Below, one piece after another: positions 8,034 to 12,166 of a stretch of 12,166 nucleotides of DNA. A program made the translations under genes and the position numbers. Numbering within the stretch: position 1 is the first letter of the stretch; the number at the start of each line of letters is the position of its first letter. The notes beneath the pieces are model-generated. The model was not told where the DNA came from, ran no database searches, and saw nothing but the letters and a program-made list of their open reading frames with translations. This DNA is from Bacilli bacterium (GTDB lineage: Bacteria; Bacillota_I; Bacilli_A; RFN20; CAG-826): the NCBI GenBank assembly GCA_045597865.1, contig JAZLKX010000017.1:1-12166 (forward strand), written 5' to 3'.

Positions 8034-8600
8034 TTACATGGACAACATGAAATAGTCGTCGAATTCGGCTAGATAACGTTCTTTCAAACGATATAATCTA
8101 GCATACATTTCTTCAGTAGATTCTTCAATAGCACCCAAGGTTTGAACACCGATGTTGCCATAAACGTGGCCATGGTGATCTAAGGCTCCGTCCGCACTAG
8201 TATTAGCGTTGGATTTACCTTCACTCTCACTTACTGGCTTTTTGATACCTTTGTCCATTGGGAATTGAGAACCAAGAGTGTCAGAGTTTACAGAACTTTG
8301 AGCTTTGTTTTTAGTTGCTTCTTCAATATCTTCAAAGCGATCATAGTTCCATAGTGGGTTTTCAGTCGTTTGTTCGGATAAACCGATTAGACTAAATAAT
8401 TTATTATAATGTTCAGCGAGCAAGTCGGCTCTAGCTTGAACCGCATAAGCCTAGGTATCTACATCTGGATAAGCCATTTCCTCAAAAGCAAAATGACGTT
8501 TCATCAAATCGCGCATTTTAGAGTCGTCTATCCAATCCAAATGGAACTCAATATTCAGAAATAGTTCCGGATGATCCTTCACTAAGTTGGGATAATACAT
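8034..8600 (-). CDS. Lower collar protein, phi29 gp11-like, 188 aa with TAG read as sense
   Basis: GAGGAGG RBS, ATG 8600; MKRHFAFEEMAYPDVDT*AYAV...HYNKLF; NPLWNYD; HGHVYGNIGV; EFDDYFM. TAG at 8451-8453. Confidence 0.85.
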
Positions 8601-9462
8601 TCTCAACTGCCTCCTCGCCACGTATTTTTACAGAAATTGAAGTGCCGAAAAGCTTATTGCACTCATCACAGGCTTTCTGTCTAGCCTCTAAGAAGTAAGC
8701 ACGGTTTACTAAGATTTCTTGATCGTTAGCATGAACTTCTGCGGTTAGGTTGCGCTCGCCTTTAGTAAGGTTTGCCGCACTCTCATTGATACCGAAGTGA
8801 ACAAAGAAATCATTTAGTACTGTCCGCATATCTTGTAAATATTTATCAGTAAGATAATCACTAGCGGTAGCATATACCGGGATAGAACCGTCATCTAAGA
8901 TAGAATCGGCAATACCTTTTTTGATAATTGTTCCCAACTTGCCGGCGTCCGCATCATCAACCATCTTACGAATTTGCTGAGCTTGAGCGTCTCCATTAGC
9001 AACGAATACTTTAGTTAGTCGGCTATTGGATAAGCCAACGTTCATTGAAGTTTGAATTTTAGCTAACTGACGCGCATAGTATTTTACGGTAGATAAAACA
9101 TTTACCGCGAATTTATTATTTTTGATCCAAACGCCATTGACACCAACAGTAGCATTGATATCATGTTTGAGCGCAGGGTTTACAATACGCAAGGCTGTTG
9201 GCTACATATAAACATCGAAGCCAGTCTTTGCGCAACGAAGGCCTCTAACTTTTCCTTGATCATCTTTTACGAATGCGGCCTGGCCTTCTGTCATAAGAAC
9301 CCACTCTAAATAATCAGGATTTATATCTCCGTTTTCAATCTCAGGGCCTTCCCATTGATACATTGAAACAACTTTGTTCCAAAGAACATTATACCAATAA
9401 GAAGCTAATTTGTCTTCTGGACGCCCACTTTTACAAAACGGATTAGCATTATCATATAACAT
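8548..9462 (-). CDS. Connector/portal (upper collar), phi29 gp10-like, 304 aa with TAG read as sense
   Basis: GGAGG RBS; MYQWEG...YLEWVLMTEGQAAF; GFDVYM*PT; FGINES...KGERNLTAEVHAND; ARQKACDECNKLFGTSISVK. The two track ORFs are joined in frame by TAG 9202-9204. Confidence 0.92.
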
Positions 9463-9480
9463 TGTTTACCTCCAATTCTG

Positions 9481-9531
9481 GGCCCGCCTTATAGGCTGTA
9501 GCCCGTAAAGGGCCGGGGGCCGAAGCCCCCG
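9481..9531 (-). promoter_or_regulatory. GC-rich multi-hairpin between capsid and connector genes
   Basis: CGGGGGC-TTCG-GCCCCCG (9531-9514), then GCCC-TTTAC-GGGC and GCCT-ATA-AGGC. Confidence 0.6.
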
Positions 9532-9561
9532 AATTTATATAAAAAGAGACAATGGAATTTA

Positions 9562-10716
9562 TTAGTTTAGAGTAAAGATAACTGCGTTAGCATCTTTATT
9601 CAAAATATATTTAGTCTGGACATTGATCCAGTTGTTGAAGTATTCACCACGTGCGTTGAAAGGAGTTGTGCGAACAGCTTCATGGCAAACATACTCACCG
9701 ATAGCATATTTGTCGAAAAGAACAGCAACGATTGGGCTGGACTCGGTTTCGCCTTCGATAGAAGAATCGCCAACAACGAAAGGATCATCTTCACGCTGCC
9801 AGAAAGGAACAACTTCATAATTGCCCATAGATTCTGGACGGCGAACATCTTGAACAACGTAAGTAGAGATACCGCCATCAAGAGCGCCAACAACCATTAG
9901 CTTCTGATCTTCATCTGTCTGAGGAGTGAAGGTTTTTGCGTCAGAAATGTTGTAGCTAGTAGATGGATGAGCAATCTTAGAACGAACAGTCTTGATTACG
10001 TGAACCGCAAACTTGACGAATTCGCCATTGTAAAGAGCGTTATCTTTAGTAAGAGAAGCGCCATAAGTGTCGTTGTAAAGGGAAACTAGAGGATAAGATT
10101 GAGCTGGTGCGTAAACAGACTCAGCTTCATCACTTTCAGCTTCAATAGCTTTGATAAGAGCGTCAACTAAACCAAGACGGCCTTCCTCACGAGCAAGCTC
10201 ATTACTATTCAAAGCATAGCGAATCTTAGCGTCTAAGAAACGATTCATTGCTTCTGGAGAAGCGAAAGCACCCTCGAGTTCAAGATACTGAATGGTGACT
10301 GGGATCTGATAAGCATTATCCTTTACGAAATACTGAACATTCTGGCCACCTTTGTTGATTACATACTGATCAACGGTTTCACCATCTTCTAACTTGACGA
10401 AAGCAGCTTCACGAGTCAAATAGAAGTTGTGAGTGATCATTTCGATAACGCCATTAGCGCTCATCTGTCCACGAATCAAAGAAGTGAACTTGCCGCTATA
10501 ATCACGAGCGGTATCGATAGAAAGTTTTACTTTGTTTGCGATTTCGATAGCAAAAGAGTTCATGAATTCCTGAACTTCAGCTTCAGTCATAGCAGAACCT
10601 AGTTTCTTACCAAAATCTACGAATGTAGTTTCATCAACGATTTCAGCAGCAGTACCACCAGTAGCGCGACTTACTAACTCGTTAACGGTTTTCCAAAAGT
10701 TATTATTAATTGCCAT
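9562..10716 (-). CDS. Major capsid protein, 384 aa
   Basis: GGAGG RBS; directly upstream of the connector; C-terminal TTPFNARGEYFNNWINV...NAVIFT resembles phi29-like capsid proteins; ends TAA TAA. Confidence 0.85.
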   Translation of the reverse strand: MAINNNFWKTVNELVSRATGGTAAEIVDETTFVDFGKKLGSAMTEAEVQEFMNSFAIEIANKVKLSIDTARDYSGKFTSLIRGQMSANGVIEMITHNFYLTREAAFVKLEDGETVDQYVINKGGQNVQYFVKDNAYQIPVTIQYLELEGAFASPEAMNRFLDAKIRYALNSNELAREEGRLGLVDALIKAIEAESDEAESVYAPAQSYPLVSLYNDTYGASLTKDNALYNGEFVKFAVHVIKTVRSKIAHPSTSYNISDAKTFTPQTDEDQKLMVVGALDGGISTYVVQDVRRPESMGNYEVVPFWQREDDPFVVGDSSIEGETESSPIVAVLFDKYAIGEYVCHEAVRTTPFNARGEYFNNWINVQTKYILNKDANAVIFTLN

Positions 10717-10776
10717 TTGAGTTTACCTCCAAAAAATTTTATTTTTTATAATTTGTGTGACGAGCCAATAGGCGAG

Positions 10777-11301
10777 TCACTTAGCGTATACATAATATTT
10801 TGTTCCTGCTGGGAAATTACCAGTAGAAGGGCTAATTGAGAATTTATCGAATTTATTGTGTAGGTGTCCTGTAGTAGCTGCTTGAACAAGTGCGGTATTG
10901 CTGTTAGCTGCGCCTGTATCAACGTGATAATAATCATCTGTAATCTTATCAACATGAATATCTATAACTCTACCCGCATTTGCTAATACAGTGCCGATAC
11001 TACCACTACCTACTTCATCTTGCCCATTGAAGAATCTAAAACTACCACCAACATTTCCTGATGTTCCAGTAGCAACTTCAATATGGATGATTGCGCAATC
11101 GCATCCATATAAACCATGTTCGATGCTAATAATATTAGACTCTTCTGATAGTGTTCCAGACTCTACTAGTTCTGCAGGTTTCTTCAAATTATCAACATCA
11201 GTATCTAGTTGCCCAACCTTATCATTGATACTATTGAGCACTTGCTTCATAAGATAAATTTCTTGTTCGGATAAATCCGAGGTCCATTCATTGAATAACA
11301 T
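10777..11301 (-). CDS. Putative head fibre/decoration protein, 174 aa
   Basis: GAGGTG RBS; short coiled coil then beta-rich domain ending FPAGTKYYVYAK; N-terminus paralogous to 11316..11729. Confidence 0.55.
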   Translation of the reverse strand: MLFNEWTSDLSEQEIYLMKQVLNSINDKVGQLDTDVDNLKKPAELVESGTLSEESNIISIEHGLYGCDCAIIHIEVATGTSGNVGGSFRFFNGQDEVGSGSIGTVLANAGRVIDIHVDKITDDYYHVDTGAANSNTALVQAATTGHLHNKFDKFSISPSTGNFPAGTKYYVYAK

Positions 11302-11315
11302 TTCAGTGTTTCACC

Positions 11316-11729
11316 TCACTTGTGGAATACTATATCAAACTCTACGCCCATACCAGAAGGTGATGTAGTAGAAAGTTCAATCTTATCTAATACACTAAAC
11401 TTCTGAATGGCATGAGGTGTATCAAATATTACACTACGAACTGTTCCACCTGAAGCACCATAAGAAAGGATACCATCTAGCATTTGATATAAAGTACCAT
11501 TAGCGAAAGTAAATGTATTAGCATCATTTAGTTTAGCAGTTACTTGCCCATCATAACTATCAGGTATCCGCAAACTAAAACCTGTATAAGGTCCTTCGAT
11601 TACTGTTGGTTCTGCTACAGTTACACGCACTAACTTAGATTCATTACTTGGCTTCAAAGCTTCTTCAATAGCTTGTTTCATCAACATGATTTCTTGTGCG
11701 GACGTACCATCAAATTTATTGAATTTCAT
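11316..11729 (-). CDS. Putative head fibre/decoration protein paralogue, 137 aa
   Basis: GGAGG RBS before ATG 11729; MKFNKFDGTSAQEIMLMKQ resembles MLFNEWTSDLSEQEIYLMKQ. Confidence 0.55.
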   Translation of the reverse strand: MKFNKFDGTSAQEIMLMKQAIEEALKPSNESKLVRVTVAEPTVIEGPYTGFSLRIPDSYDGQVTAKLNDANTFTFANGTLYQMLDGILSYGASGGTVRSVIFDTPHAIQKFSVLDKIELSTTSPSGMGVEFDIVFHK

Positions 11730-11730
11730 C

Positions 11731-11907
11731 TTAGTCTTCGCCTCCATCAACACCTAACCAAGCTAAGAACGGATCTTGAGTAGGTTTATTATTATTAGGT
11801 TCTGTAGATGGTTCTGTATTATTTAGCTTTTCTGTAAGTTGTGATACCTAAGCGGTTAGACTTGCTAAATCTTCAGCCATCTTATTCATAAGTTCTTGTG
11901 GTTCCAT
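11731..11907 (-). CDS. 58-aa coiled-coil protein, possible scaffolding protein (TAG read as sense)
   Basis: AAAGGAG RBS; MEPQELMNKMAEDLASLTA*VSQLTEKLNNTEPSTEPNNNKPTQDPFLAWLGVDGGED; TAG at 11848-11850; TAA stop lies 1 nt before the next ATG. Confidence 0.7.
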
Positions 11908-11945
11908 TATCTCTATCTCCTTTACTTATTCTTTTATCTAGATAT

Positions 11946-11974
11946 ATTATAACAAAAATTTTGACTTTTGTCAA
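11946..11974 (-). promoter_or_regulatory. Consensus sigmaA promoter for the structural operon
   Basis: TTGACA (11974-11969), 17-nt spacer, TGt-TATAAT (11951-11946) with extended -10. Confidence 0.88.
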
Positions 11975-12025
11975 ATATTTCTTTGTCTATATATTATGAA
12001 AATTATAGTAATCGTCTTGAAAGGA

Positions 12026-12166
12026 TTTGTCCAAGTCTATGATAGATCTCTATAATCTTATCCTATCTCTATTGGCCTATACTGTATAGTTTCCCTATAT
12101 GGTATAGGTCTTGTCTTGTCTTGTCTTGTCTTGTCTTGTCTTGTCTTGTCTTGTCTTGTCTTGTCT
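12026..12166 (-). repeat. Right inverted terminal repeat (141 bp)
   Basis: Exact reverse complement of 1..141. Confidence 0.97.
12108..12166 (-). repeat. Terminal tandem pentamer array (TGTCT)n, i.e. AGACA on the minus strand
   Basis: Read directly from the sequence. Confidence 0.98.

Larger units (their letters stand above)
1..12166. mobile_element. Small linear phi29-like phage genome, apparently complete, using TAG as a sense codon
   Basis: 141-bp ITRs at both ends; protein-primed-type PolB, gp16-like ATPase, connector, lower collar, capsid and tail genes; no host genes seen. Confidence 0.93.

Noticed and set aside
9600-10955. Alternative-frame minus-strand ORFs 9600..9893 and 10746..10955
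   Set aside because: They lie within or largely overlap the capsid and fibre-like genes and have no independent support
632-11257. Plus-strand ORFs in the track (632, 1555, 2162, 4617, 5909, 7673, 9623, 9682, 10991)
   Set aside because: All are antisense shadows of well-supported minus-strand genes and show no recognisable motifs

Overview
The window looks like an essentially complete 12,166-bp linear genome of a small phi29-like (protein-primed, podoviral) phage, with all genes on the minus strand. Exact 141-bp inverted terminal repeats bound it, and each ends in a telomere-like (AGACA)n array. Gene order from the right end: scaffold-like peptide, two paralogous fibre/decoration-like genes, major capsid, connector, lower collar, holin-like protein, beta-helix tail spike, tail protein, a structured non-coding region, small early genes, family B DNA polymerase, NUMOD4-HNH endonuclease, RHH protein, putative terminal protein, and a gp16-type packaging ATPase. 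The standard-code ORF track fragments six genes. Ten in-frame TAG codons interrupt otherwise intact genes and no gene ends in TAG, which indicates TAG reassignment (probably Gln, code 15). I see no suppressor tRNA and no endolysin, and TAGs are absent from the polymerase/early block. This suggests the phage depends on an amber suppressor supplied in trans. All protein-family calls come from motif recognition by eye, not database searches.
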